Assembly: GCA_965197475.1 (NCBI GenBank)
Contig: CBDANF010000002.1
Location: forward strand, 384,001 to 448,000
Origin: Candidatus Poribacteria bacterium
GTDB taxonomy: Bacteria > Poribacteria > WGA-4E > WGA-3G
Reading direction: 5' to 3'
Length of the DNA stretch: 64,000 bases
Shown here: in pieces, positions 9,651-19,766 of the stretch
Layout of the letters: each line of letters begins with the position of its first letter
How positions within the stretch are numbered: position 1 is the stretch's first letter
Made by a program: the position numbers and the translations under genes
Notes under the pieces: model-generated
The model's input: only the letters and a program-made list of their open reading frames with translations
What the model was told of the DNA's origin: nothing
The model's database searches: none

Positions 9651-10664
9651 ATGTTCGGTCATGAAATCTGGATTGCTGGCGTGATGTTGGTCTCGCTGAT
9701 TATCTATATGCTAACAGGCGGCGCAGATTTCGGCGGTGGCATCTGGGACCTGTTTGCGACAGGTCCACGCGCGAAAGATCAGCGCGAACTTATTAAAAAT
9801 GCGCTCGCGCCAATCTGGGAAGCAAACCACGTCTGGTTAATCGTCATTGTCGTGCTGCTGTTTGTGGCGTTTCCTGTAGCATTCGCGACAATCGGCATCG
9901 CTTTGCACATTCCACTCACCTTAATGCTAATCGGCATTGTGCTTCGCGGCACAGCATTTGTTTTTCGCACCTACGACGATCAATCGGATACAACACATCT
10001 CCGATGGAGTCGTCTGTTCGCTGTAGCGAGCGTGATCACACCGATTATGTTAGGTATCACCTTAGGGGCGGTCGCATCAGGCACAATTCAGGTAGATGTG
10101 GAAACCGGAAAGGTAGAAACAGACTTTTTCTCATCGTGGCTGGCACTATTTCCTTTTACAATCGGCTTTTTCACCTTAACCCTCTGTGCGTTGCTCGCTG
10201 CAGTTTATCTCACACTCGAAACTGACAATTCGGAATTGCAGGAGGATTTTCGAGTACGTGCACTTATCGCAGCAGTCGGTGTAGGTGTAATGGCTGGCAT
10301 GAGTTTTCTTTTGGCTGCGGAAGGAGCACCTTCAATACGAAAGGGATTAGGCAATAGCGTCTGGTCAATCCCGTTTCATATCTTGACAGGTGCCGTTGCG
10401 ATCTGGGCAATTTGGGCAATTTGGAAGCGGCACTTTCAACTTGCGCGCATCCTTGTTGTGGTACAGGTCGTGTTGATTATTTTCGGTTGGGGGTTAGCGC
10501 AGTTTCCTTATCTTGTCTCACCCAACCTCACCTTTTCAAACACCGCTGCACCGGATTCTGTACTTCGCCCCGTGCTGATTGTGGTTGTCATAGGTGGTAT
10601 TATGGTAGTGCCTGCATTCTGGTATCTTTACACTATGTTTAAAGGAAGATCCAAAGCAAGTTAA
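9651..10664 (+). CDS. cydB: Cytochrome bd ubiquinol oxidase subunit II
   Basis: GGADFGGG, APIWEANHVWL, GIVLRG; follows cydA. Confidence 0.95.
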   Translation: MFGHEIWIAGVMLVSLIIYMLTGGADFGGGIWDLFATGPRAKDQRELIKNALAPIWEANHVWLIVIVVLLFVAFPVAFATIGIALHIPLTLMLIGIVLRGTAFVFRTYDDQSDTTHLRWSRLFAVASVITPIMLGITLGAVASGTIQVDVETGKVETDFFSSWLALFPFTIGFFTLTLCALLAAVYLTLETDNSELQEDFRVRALIAAVGVGVMAGMSFLLAAEGAPSIRKGLGNSVWSIPFHILTGAVAIWAIWAIWKRHFQLARILVVVQVVLIIFGWGLAQFPYLVSPNLTFSNTAAPDSVLRPVLIVVVIGGIMVVPAFWYLYTMFKGRSKAS

Positions 10665-10665
10665 C

Positions 10666-11153
10666 TTACCAACTTTCTATCTGCAGAGATTTAACTTCAT
10701 CAAAATACGAGTCGCGCGTGACGAGGATTAATCCGTGCTGCATAGCAATTGCTGCAATCCAGATATCGTTGTCCAGGATAGGGCGACCTTTCCACCGCAA
10801 TTGGTCTTTGATGGTTCCATACCATTGCGCAGTTCCTAAATCACAAGCAAAAACAACACTTTGTTGCACTAATACCAAATTAATGGGATTAGTCTTATTT
10901 TTCTGGGCAGACTGCGCGCTTACAAAGCGCGCCTACCGAGTGGGATCAAGTTAATTTGGTATAATATGTCAATTTTACGCAGGTTTTCCGTAACTTTATT
11001 AGATTTCTCTGCCCCAAAGCAGAGCTCATTAATTATGGGTGGAGCCACAACAATGTCTTCAACATTACTCACTTTCTCTTGGACCATCGGATCACCAGCA
11101 AACAATGCAATGGCAATGTTGGTATCAAGCAGATATTTACCATTCAGATTCAT
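10666..11153 (-). pseudogene. vapC: VapC/PIN toxin interrupted by an 89-bp MITE
   Basis: YLLDTNIAIA...ELCFGAEKS and GRPILDNDIWIAAIA...LVTRD; removing the MITE and one TAA restores LRKIDILVQQSVV in frame. Confidence 0.9.
10873..10961. mobile_element. 89-bp MITE (TIR TACCAAATTAA, TAA target-site duplication) carrying a REP-like hairpin
   Basis: TAA|TACCAAATTAA...GCGCGCTTACAAAGCGCGC...TTAATTTGGTA|TAA. Confidence 0.9.
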
Positions 11154-11367
11154 CAACCTGCTCACACCCTTCTTCAATCGTTTGCTTCATTATTTCTAAA
11201 TCTTCCTTTGAAATTGTGCCTACAAATTGAAGCAAATTTTTGCCGGGGTATTGCTTTGGTGGTTCACCTGACAACTCTAATATGAAATCCAAAACTTGCC
11301 TCTGTTGCTCAAGTGGAAGGGTTTTGAGTCGTTTTTCAATTTCTTGGATAGTCGTCAAATTCTCCAT
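11137..11367 (-). CDS. Putative antitoxin (DUF2281-like) of vapC
   Basis: LPLEQQRQVLDF...PGKNLLQFVGTISKEDL...VDESEW; overlaps the vapC start. Confidence 0.8.
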   Translation of the reverse strand: MENLTTIQEIEKRLKTLPLEQQRQVLDFILELSGEPPKQYPGKNLLQFVGTISKEDLEIMKQTIEEGCEQVDESEW

Positions 11368-11464
11368 TGTGTCGTCTCCTTTTCAGTTCAATAGTGATAG
11401 AGGATTCTATAATACCAATAGAGGCAGTTTATCACAAGTTGGATCAAGAAATCAACGCTTTATT

Positions 11465-12916
11465 CTAACCCCAATCGAACTTTAAATAATCAGCAATTTC
11501 GAGTTTTTCCTTCGCCGCCCATCTTTCTAAAAGAAATTTATCTGCAGGCGTTGGTAGCCGGTTTCGCTTACCCCGAACTTGACGGATGAGGTTTTCGGGT
11601 CGTGAAATCTCAACTGTCAAAACCTTGTGTCTTCCGTTTTCATCATCAGACTCCACCGTCCAAATTGATTTTTTTCCAGAATAGCATGACCTCGCATAAC
11701 TGCTAACACAGTGTTTCATTGCTCTACCTTCTTCAATGAGTTCATCTGTACTAAGAAGTTCCCGAATATACCAGAATTTCAAGTTACGTTTCTTCTTACT
11801 CCCCTCTCGGAAACGAAATCCTCCAATATCTGATCGAGCCCACTGGAATTTCCCGCCTCTCGTTTCCCTACCGAGTTGTCGATGCCATCCGTTAACTTGG
11901 CGGAGCAATGTTTCAGGTGTTCTACCTCTCATGCTGAAGTTAGGTTGAGGTGGATCAATTTCCTCCACAACCCCTCTGGCAACAAACACCCGTTGATTTT
12001 CGAATCTCTGATTCCAGATGTAATCAATGATCGGATGCACATGACTAACGTCTAACATCGGATTCGCTATGAAGAAGCGGATCACATTCAGCCAAAAATC
12101 ATCATTTCTGAAATTGCTGATGAGCCTTGTACCACGGAGCGCGTCCACTAAACGTTTATCCCCGCCAAAGGCGTGTACTTGTCCCCAACGGAGTGCTTCC
12201 TCAACACTATACTGTTTAGGTGCGCTAAGGAAATGATGTGCCATCTTTTTTGTAAGCGATACAGGTATATCGGGAGCGGTTCGGATATTTTGACCAGTAC
12301 CGATATGTATATACCAATTTTGGTGCGTTTTGTTTTCAGATAACCAAACACGATCCATGAAGAGAGGGACATCATAAGCCACGAATAAGTGGCGAAGAAG
12401 TTCGGCAAACTGACGCTCGCGGTTATGTCTTTTGACATGCCACGCCTCAATAGGGCGAATCCAACTTTCATAATGGTTTGCAATTGCCTCAATGCCCTTA
12501 ATATAGGAGAGATCTTCTAACAGTTCAGAGTTTTCTTCAAGGTACAACAGAAGTTTCAGAAGGACATCCCGTGAATTGCTTCTGTTAAAAGCAAGCGCAA
12601 TCTCCTTAACGGTTCTATTTCTTAGTTTTTCGCTCTGCAGTTTCTCGTCATAAATTTGTGGGATAATTTCCTTCAAGTTGCGAGATTTTTTATCATTCGC
12701 CATTATTTCGCATGTTTTAATCGTGGTTGCAACATTTAACTCATTTCGGAGCTGCCGTGAATTTTTGTCTAATCCCCGACTGAAATTATGTTGACTACAC
12801 CAACCTTTGTAATCCTCAACAGTAGATAAACCCAATTGATGAATATGCGCCTGCATTGTGAGTGTACATTCCTCTATAGGTGTTTTTGTTTGCATCGCTT
12901 TTCTCTTTTTAGCCAT
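11465..12916 (-). CDS. PcfJ-domain protein
   Basis: C-terminal ELIEEGRAMKHCVSSY...LTVEI...QVRGKRN. Confidence 0.8.
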   Translation of the reverse strand: MAKKRKAMQTKTPIEECTLTMQAHIHQLGLSTVEDYKGWCSQHNFSRGLDKNSRQLRNELNVATTIKTCEIMANDKKSRNLKEIIPQIYDEKLQSEKLRNRTVKEIALAFNRSNSRDVLLKLLLYLEENSELLEDLSYIKGIEAIANHYESWIRPIEAWHVKRHNRERQFAELLRHLFVAYDVPLFMDRVWLSENKTHQNWYIHIGTGQNIRTAPDIPVSLTKKMAHHFLSAPKQYSVEEALRWGQVHAFGGDKRLVDALRGTRLISNFRNDDFWLNVIRFFIANPMLDVSHVHPIIDYIWNQRFENQRVFVARGVVEEIDPPQPNFSMRGRTPETLLRQVNGWHRQLGRETRGGKFQWARSDIGGFRFREGSKKKRNLKFWYIRELLSTDELIEEGRAMKHCVSSYARSCYSGKKSIWTVESDDENGRHKVLTVEISRPENLIRQVRGKRNRLPTPADKFLLERWAAKEKLEIADYLKFDWG

Positions 12917-13194
12917 CTGTTTCCTCCGACCATACTAATTTTGGATGCACATTTACCAGCTAAATATATGAAGGATGTGAGTTAACGTGAGTACGACTAA
13001 TAGTAAGCCATAATTATTGGAGGGGTTGATTCTTCGTGGGTTTTGTAGTGCAAACTGTCAGTTTGCACAGATACGGTAGCACAAACTAACTGTTTGTGCT
13101 ACAACACAAGACGGTAGTGCGGTTTGAGACCACGCCTATCAATGGATGTTCACATATTTTTAGAATTTTACTATAAAAAGAGCGGGATAATCAA

Positions 13195-14511
13195 TTATTT
13201 TTTAACAGCACCGAAAGTAACTCCCCGCAACAAGTGACTTCGCATCAAAAAAGTGAAAATTGCGACAGGCAGAAGGAAAATAAAAGTAGACGCAGCGATT
13301 TTGCCCCAGTCCATGCCTGCTGAACCTGTGGCACTTGTAATAGAACGTGGAGCAGTTACGGCTTTTCCGCCGGTTTCAGTTAGAACAAGTGCAAATGCAA
13401 ATTCGTTCCATGCTGTAATCAAACAGAAGACTGCTGTTGCTGCGATTCCTGTCACAGATTGTGGTAAAACAACTTTCAAGAAGGTTTGAAAACGGGTATA
13501 GCCATCAACGAGTGCGGCATCCTCGTATTCTCTTGGAATTTCGTCAATAAACCCTTTCATAAGCCACACAGCAAACGAGATATTAAAAGTGGTATACAAC
13601 AGAATCAGTCCGAAGTGCGTGTCTCGTAGTCCAATTGAGCGATACATCAGATAGATTGGAATTACTACGACGACCGGCGGAAGCATGCGGGTACTCAAAA
13701 TAAAAAAGAGGAGGTCGTCTTTGCCAGCGATATTGAACCGAGAAAAAGCATAAGCGGAAATAGTGCCTAAACCGACAGCAAGAACTGTGCTACCCCCACC
13801 GATGATAATACTATTGAGCAGCTGATAGAAATACTTTGATCCTCCGTTTGCCAAAGCAATGCAGACACCGATTGTTGCAAAAATCACAGGAATTATAAAT
13901 GCCAGTTTTTCCTTTTGGTTGGGGACTGCGTCTCCATTGGAATTAATAAATACTGAGTAGACATTTTTCTTCCAAGGGATTACCAAAAGATAAGCAGCAA
14001 CCGAACAGATAATTAACGAGAAAAAATGGAACCGTACGTCCGCTTGTAACCGAGGCTGCGGCTGCGTGCTGAAAAAACTATAAAGACACGTTAAAACAAA
14101 GAGGATGTTCCAGCCAATCCCGATATTACGAACAGACAGACCGCGTGGAAGATGCACCTTCACAAAAGAAAAAAATGTAAAGAGGATCAATCCTAATAGT
14201 GCTTCCCCTATAAAGAGATATGTCACTATTGATAAATTCCCTTCTGGCATCAACTTTTGGTAGTTTTCAAACGAAATACCAAAGAGAAACTTAGGAACTA
14301 GGGTATTGATATCTACTGGAGATTTCAGAGATGTCACTACGATCCAGAATATCGGAAGTATATATGTGGCAACAGCGAAGGCGATTAACATGAATAACAA
14401 TACGGTGAGGAAGACTCTAAACCACTTCCTCATAAAGGTGAGGAAGACTCTAAACCACTTCCTTATAATGTTCTGCGGTCCAAACCACTTTTTTATTGAA
14501 TAGGTTGCCAT
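13195..14511 (-). CDS. Carbohydrate ABC transporter permease (MalG-like) with an extra TM insert
   Basis: PIFWIVVTSLK, EAA motif IPREYEDAALVDG, AWNEFAFAL. Confidence 0.9.
   Translation of the reverse strand: MATYSIKKWFGPQNIIRKWFRVFLTFMRKWFRVFLTVLLFMLIAFAVATYILPIFWIVVTSLKSPVDINTLVPKFLFGISFENYQKLMPEGNLSIVTYLFIGEALLGLILFTFFSFVKVHLPRGLSVRNIGIGWNILFVLTCLYSFFSTQPQPRLQADVRFHFFSLIICSVAAYLLVIPWKKNVYSVFINSNGDAVPNQKEKLAFIIPVIFATIGVCIALANGGSKYFYQLLNSIIIGGGSTVLAVGLGTISAYAFSRFNIAGKDDLLFFILSTRMLPPVVVVIPIYLMYRSIGLRDTHFGLILLYTTFNISFAVWLMKGFIDEIPREYEDAALVDGYTRFQTFLKVVLPQSVTGIAATAVFCLITAWNEFAFALVLTETGGKAVTAPRSITSATGSAGMDWGKIAASTFIFLLPVAIFTFLMRSHLLRGVTFGAVKK
14404..14463. repeat. 27-bp direct repeat, 33-bp period, encoding RKWFRVFLT twice
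   Basis: GGTGAGGAAGACTCTAAACCACTTCCT at 14404 and 14437. Confidence 0.9.
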
Positions 14512-14517
14512 ATAGAT

Positions 14518-15441
14518 TTAAGTTTCTCCCTTCACGCGATTGAGATATTTAACATAAATGTTACTTAGTGCGACTATAATAATAAGCAGAATATATGCCA
14601 TTGCACACGCTTTGCCGGTGTTGTAATTCTCAAAAGCAAGTTTGTAGAGGTTCATTGAAACGGTTTCAGTAGCGGCCCCGGGTCCGCCACGGCGTGTAAG
14701 CACATAGACAATATCGAACATTTTGAAGGCATCCATAGTTCGGAACAAGAGAGCTATAAGGAGAAGTGGAGACACTATAGGTAGTGTAATCCAGCGAAAT
14801 TTGAACCATGCGGATGCTCTGTCAACATCCGCGGCTTCATAAAGATATTTGGGCACAGCACTCAATCCGGCTAACGCAATTAACATCATAAATGGTGACC
14901 ACATCCACGTATCAACAATGACGACAGCTAACATTGCTATCTTCGGATTGGTAGTCCATTCAATGTCAGGTGAATTGATAAAAGGTAATTTAAGGAGTGG
15001 ACTCAAAATAAAGTTAAGCAAACCTGAGTTATCTGAAGCGAGAATAAAACGCCAAAATAGACCGACTACCACGGGTGATAACATCATCGGGAGAAGAAGT
15101 AGGGTTGTCACCAAACCTTTTGCAGGAAATTTGCGGTTTAATAAGATTGCCAACCCAAATCCGATAAAGAATTGTGCGGTTACAGCTAAGATAACAAAAT
15201 ATGCAGTCGTACGAAAATAACCCCATATCTCAGGATCGGTGAAAAGTTGCGAATAGTTACGTAGACCGATATATTTTGGAGGTGCAGTTGGTATGGAAGC
15301 TTTGTAGCGGTGAAAACTCAGGTATAGCGACCATAAAAGCGGGAAGATGTTCATCAAGATGAGCAAAATCATCGTTGGCATGATAAATGCCATCTTCAGT
15401 TGGTAGTCGCTCATCCCACGCGAGAAACGGTTGATCTGCAT
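14518..15441 (-). CDS. Carbohydrate ABC transporter permease (MalF-like)
   Basis: PMMLSPVVVG, DTWMWSPFMMLIALAGL, LYEAADVD, RTMDAFKMFD. Confidence 0.93.
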   Translation of the reverse strand: MQINRFSRGMSDYQLKMAFIMPTMILLILMNIFPLLWSLYLSFHRYKASIPTAPPKYIGLRNYSQLFTDPEIWGYFRTTAYFVILAVTAQFFIGFGLAILLNRKFPAKGLVTTLLLLPMMLSPVVVGLFWRFILASDNSGLLNFILSPLLKLPFINSPDIEWTTNPKIAMLAVVIVDTWMWSPFMMLIALAGLSAVPKYLYEAADVDRASAWFKFRWITLPIVSPLLLIALLFRTMDAFKMFDIVYVLTRRGGPGAATETVSMNLYKLAFENYNTGKACAMAYILLIIIVALSNIYVKYLNRVKGET

Positions 15442-15560
15442 ATTTTATAGTTCGTGCTTATAGCAATTAACGGGATTTATCCTATTTTCCGAACGGTAGG
15501 GGGTTTCCAACCGCACCGAAAAGACTAAAATTCAGAAGGTTGGGTTGAGCAACGCAAACC

Positions 15561-15865
15561 CATAGGTGTCAATTTAAGGAATTGAATCCGTTTTTAGCGG
15601 TGGTGTAGCCTCGTAGAGGCGGAATGTTTATAGCAAACAGCGTCAACCCTTCTTGAGCTCCGTAGGAGCGGTATGTGTATGCAGATCGCGTCTCTATAAA
15701 CATATCGTTTCTACGGAACTTGGTCAACATTTATTCTATAAACATATCGTCCCTACCAAATCAACGCCAAATGCGCGTATGGCATTTGGCAGGACTAAAT
15801 ATGGGAAGCCTCAATCTGAACAGTGTTCAAAAAATTATAGAAATTTCCTTAAATTGACACCTATG
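15561..15865. mobile_element. 305-bp MITE with 21-bp TIRs and 18-bp flanking direct repeats, inserted in a REP
   Basis: CATAGGTGTCAATTTAAGGAA...TTCCTTAAATTGACACCTATG, flanked by GGTTGAGCAACGCAAACC at 15543-15560 and 15866-15883. Confidence 0.88.
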
Positions 15866-15920
15866 GGTTGAGCAACGCAAACCCAACCTACATTGATCCC
15901 TATTTCGAACTCACACAAAC

Positions 15921-17294
15921 TTATTTTTCGTCTGCCTCTTCCATCATTGCCTTCTCAAAGATTTCCTCATGTTTTTGCGCTATTGTGTCAAGAGCTTCCT
16001 TAGAAGATATTTGTCCAGAGATAGCCGCACTCCAATTAGTCTGACATTCCGTTAGCAATTCGGCGTATTGTGGGACTGCCCAGAAATCTCGGAGGTAAGG
16101 AAAACTTGCAGCAAAAGCTTCATTATATGGAGTGGCTGTTTTGAAGGTATCCGATTCCAAAATTTCTTTCACCGGTGTGAACCCTCCCAATTTCGCCCAC
16201 TTTTCTTGTACAGGTTTCTTCATAAACCACTTCAGATATTGCTTAGCGGTATCTTGATTTTTGGAATAAGAAGAAATCGACATTCCCTGTCCACCTATAC
16301 TGATATAATGTCCTTTTGGTCCAGCCGGTGCAACAAAAAACCCGCTCTTGTCATAAAATTTCGGGTTTTCTTTAGGATCAACAATACCGGGGAAAAAGGC
16401 GAAATAGTTCATTGCCATAGCCACTTTTCCAGCTTTATAGGCATCTGAGGTCTCTTGCCAATAGTAGTTTGGTGCATCAGGAGGAGCAAATTTGAGCAAA
16501 TTAGTGTAAAATTCAAGTGCTTTCACAGCATCTTCGTTATTGATATATCCATCAACTTTGTAACTATCAGGATCGCCATAAGAACCTCCAAAACTCCACA
16601 TGACCTGTTGGAACCCCATTGTGATTCCATCGTATGAATTGCTATACCAAGTTGCGATGCCGTAGAGTCCTTCCTCTTTGCGAGTAAAAAATTCGGCTAT
16701 ATCGCGAAGTTCTTTATAGGTTTTCGGTGGTGCCAGCGCATAATCGTACTTCTCTTGGAATGCAGACATTTCCTTAGGATCTTCAAATAGATCTTTCCTA
16801 TATACATACCCTGCTGCATCCACTTCAGCGGGCAATGCCCAATACTTCTTACTCTTTTTCGGGTACTCTGCAAAGGCGGTCATAGCGGGGGGATAGATAG
16901 AATCAACGTCTATATTTTCATTAATCCAATCGGTCATATCAATGTAGTGTCCGCCGACGGAGTTCATACCAAGCCATTGACTATCACCTATTACAATGTC
17001 ATAGCGAGAACTACCTCCGACAAAAGCTAAGGTAATTTCATTCTGGAAACCTTCCCACGGAATTTGTACTACTTCGACGTTTATTCCTGTTTCACTTGTA
17101 AAATCCTTAGATAGTTCTTGTAAATATCCAGCTGGATTCCATTCTGCCCAAGCAATCGTTAACGTTTGTTTTGCGTCGTCTGCTTGAGAAATTTCAGCTT
17201 GATCTGGTGCGGGTTTTTCTGCGTCATCTTTTTGGTTGTTGCATCCGATTACAACAATCAATGCAAGGATAAATATAATACAAAAGCGTTTCAT
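15921..17294 (-). CDS. Sugar ABC transporter substrate-binding lipoprotein
   Basis: Lipobox VVIGC, DFTSETGINVEV, YRKDLFEDP, IGGQGMSI; AGGAG SD. Confidence 0.92.
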   Translation of the reverse strand: MKRFCIIFILALIVVIGCNNQKDDAEKPAPDQAEISQADDAKQTLTIAWAEWNPAGYLQELSKDFTSETGINVEVVQIPWEGFQNEITLAFVGGSSRYDIVIGDSQWLGMNSVGGHYIDMTDWINENIDVDSIYPPAMTAFAEYPKKSKKYWALPAEVDAAGYVYRKDLFEDPKEMSAFQEKYDYALAPPKTYKELRDIAEFFTRKEEGLYGIATWYSNSYDGITMGFQQVMWSFGGSYGDPDSYKVDGYINNEDAVKALEFYTNLLKFAPPDAPNYYWQETSDAYKAGKVAMAMNYFAFFPGIVDPKENPKFYDKSGFFVAPAGPKGHYISIGGQGMSISSYSKNQDTAKQYLKWFMKKPVQEKWAKLGGFTPVKEILESDTFKTATPYNEAFAASFPYLRDFWAVPQYAELLTECQTNWSAAISGQISSKEALDTIAQKHEEIFEKAMMEEADEK

Positions 17295-17434
17295 TCTATA
17301 ACTCCTTTTGATTCTGTAACTCTTTTTATTGGCCCTGGACACTCCCTTTGGAACGTTTAGGGCAGTCCAGCGGTTCCCATTTTATTAATGATTATAGCAA
17401 ACCGAAAACATTTTAGCAAGGAATTATATACGGT

Positions 17435-17585
17435 GGGTGTGTAAATATTTGTCAATGTCTGAATCTCGGACTTTTGGTAACTTGCTGCCCAATCAACACC
17501 GAATACTCGTTGATTGGGAAATCGGGGTTGAAAACCCCTCCCACAAGAGAATGAGAGTGCTTAATGCCAACAACTTTACACACCC
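17435..17585. mobile_element. MITE-like element with GGGTGTGTAAA termini
   Basis: GGGTGTGTAAA...TTTACACACCC; related ends at about 42716 and 51373-51685. Confidence 0.65.
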
Positions 17586-17683
17586 GTATTGATTATTTGG
17601 TTGCCAGAACTATTCAGTTTTATTAATTCAGTATCGGTTTAAATCGGGCTTACAAAATCCTCACTCAAGAACCGGATTAAAAA

Positions 17684-19096
17684 TCAATCTTGCTCACGTT
17701 CTATTATATTGCTGTCTATATTGCTACATTTCAGATTAATATCGCCCCCAATGCAGCGGAGTGTTAGAAGGGGACCGCTATCGTCGATATGCCCTCGCAA
17801 TTGTCGCATTTGAAGCGTTCCCTGAACAACGGCGGTAACCGGAAACTCGGTTGTGATCTTGCCATTGCTACTTTTCGCATCAATTTTTACGCCAACTTCT
17901 GGGATAAGCCAAACTGAGATATTGCCGCCAGACGTATCTAAAACCGAGTCTGCCGGAAGTTGTCCCAAAATTTTGGCATTGATAGAACCTTCAGAGGCTT
18001 TTGCAGTGACAGCACCATCGTTTTCAAGTTCTATACTTCCATTATTGGTTCTAACTTCCGCATCACCTTTGCAGCTGCTAAGTTTAATATCACCCCAAGC
18101 GGTTTGTCCAGAGATTGCACCAAGTACATTGGTGTATAGAAGATGCCCTTTAGATGTCATCGTGTCAACTGCACCGGTGTTCTCGTTAATCTCAATGTTG
18201 CCTTGCGAAGTGCGAAGATAAACGTCTCCTTTACACCGAATCAGTTTGACATTCCCTTTGGATGTATGACCAATTACTGTGCCAGCGATGTTTTCAAACT
18301 GCAATTCGCCACTAATCGTATTGGCGTTAACTTTTCCATCTACATCAGCAACAGAAATATCGCCATTTTCGATTTTCATATTAACGTCGTAATGTTTCGG
18401 AACTGTGATTTCAAAATGTACGTCAAAACGGTTGGCAATTTTTTCCCAATATCTTTTGCTACCTTTGAATTTCGCGTCAATGTGAAGATTTTGATCTTGA
18501 TGGTCAAGACTCACATCAAAATCCTTGAGTATATCAACAGCTTGTTTGTCAGCTTTTAGTTGAGCAGATCGGCGGACGATCACATTGATAACATTGGTCT
18601 CTAATGTCTGTATATCAATGTGCCCGAGTTCTGATGTCAGAGTTAACTGGCCGCCTTCACTAACGTTGAATGACTCGTTAATATCGTTTAATGTACTCTC
18701 TGTAAGGAATTGCGGCATAGATTTACGAATCAGATCGCCTATTTCTCCATCCTTGAATTCTTCATTGATATCGTCAATAATTTTTTTGCCGAAAATATTA
18801 GTCACCATCCCTTTTAAATCGGACGATGTTCCTAATCCCTCACTGAGGTAAGCTGCAAGATGATTGCATGCAATACTTATTTCACTAAAGGCAGCATCCT
18901 CTTGTAATGAGTCGAAGAGCCCCTCAGGCACTGCTTCAATTTCACTCAGTCGTTCCAGGACCTTATTGAATTGAGAGACGCATCGGTTTTCTCCATTCTT
19001 ATATGTTTCTGTCAATATTGAATCTTCGGCCATTTCTGCTGTCTGCTCTAATATCTGAAAGAGTCCTCGAATTTCTTGTTGTCTTTCCTGTTCCAT
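17684..19096 (-). CDS. DUF4097 (adhesin-like beta-repeat) protein with helical N-terminal domain
   Basis: Repeated T(S/N)xG(D/N)I beta-strand units; FEITVPKHYDV. Confidence 0.8.
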   Translation of the reverse strand: MEQERQQEIRGLFQILEQTAEMAEDSILTETYKNGENRCVSQFNKVLERLSEIEAVPEGLFDSLQEDAAFSEISIACNHLAAYLSEGLGTSSDLKGMVTNIFGKKIIDDINEEFKDGEIGDLIRKSMPQFLTESTLNDINESFNVSEGGQLTLTSELGHIDIQTLETNVINVIVRRSAQLKADKQAVDILKDFDVSLDHQDQNLHIDAKFKGSKRYWEKIANRFDVHFEITVPKHYDVNMKIENGDISVADVDGKVNANTISGELQFENIAGTVIGHTSKGNVKLIRCKGDVYLRTSQGNIEINENTGAVDTMTSKGHLLYTNVLGAISGQTAWGDIKLSSCKGDAEVRTNNGSIELENDGAVTAKASEGSINAKILGQLPADSVLDTSGGNISVWLIPEVGVKIDAKSSNGKITTEFPVTAVVQGTLQMRQLRGHIDDSGPLLTLRCIGGDINLKCSNIDSNIIEREQD

Positions 19097-19181
19097 GTGG
19101 GATACCTCATATTAAAAATCAAATTTGTCTTATTCCCAGTTCATGTTTTTCAGATTAGGTATACAAATGAAAACCATAGAC

Positions 19182-19766
19182 CTATAAAATTTCACCATAT
19201 CCACGTTTTTCTAAAAGTGATTTTAGCAATTCCTTTGCTTTGTGAAGTCGCCATTTCACCGTCGTTAAGGGGAGCGATAGAAATTCTGCAATACGTTTCT
19301 GCGGCATATCTGCCCAATAATAGAGTTTGACAACCTCCTGAAATTCAGAAGGTAATGAACTAATTGACTCTCTGATAGCTTCATGCGTAGATTCCTGTAC
19401 CAAAATTTGCGCTGGATCAGAAAAAGCAGGGTCAGCTTCCACTTGCAATTCAGCATCAACATCTTCATGAAGTTGAAATTTACTCGCTCGTTTCATAAAT
19501 CGCAGGGCACGATTGCGCGTAATTGAATAAAGCCACGCACCGAATCTATTCAAATTGTCAAGTTGGGGCAGTGCCTCAAAAGCGAGTAGAAAAGCGTCTT
19601 GGACAATATCTTCTGCCTCCGTAGGGTTTCGGACGATGTGTTGTGCCACGGTTAGCATTGCTCGCTGATACCGAAGGACCAATTCATCAAACGCTTTGAG
19701 ATTGCCTGCCAGCACCGCAATTATTAGTTCCGCATCGTCAGCGTCTTTCAATTCTTCTACGCTCAT
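19182..19766 (-). CDS. ECF sigma-70 factor
   Basis: AFDELVLRY, AEDIVQDAFL, FGAWLYSITRN, IAEFLSLPLTTVKWRLHKA. Confidence 0.93.
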   Translation of the reverse strand: MSVEELKDADDAELIIAVLAGNLKAFDELVLRYQRAMLTVAQHIVRNPTEAEDIVQDAFLLAFEALPQLDNLNRFGAWLYSITRNRALRFMKRASKFQLHEDVDAELQVEADPAFSDPAQILVQESTHEAIRESISSLPSEFQEVVKLYYWADMPQKRIAEFLSLPLTTVKWRLHKAKELLKSLLEKRGYGEIL

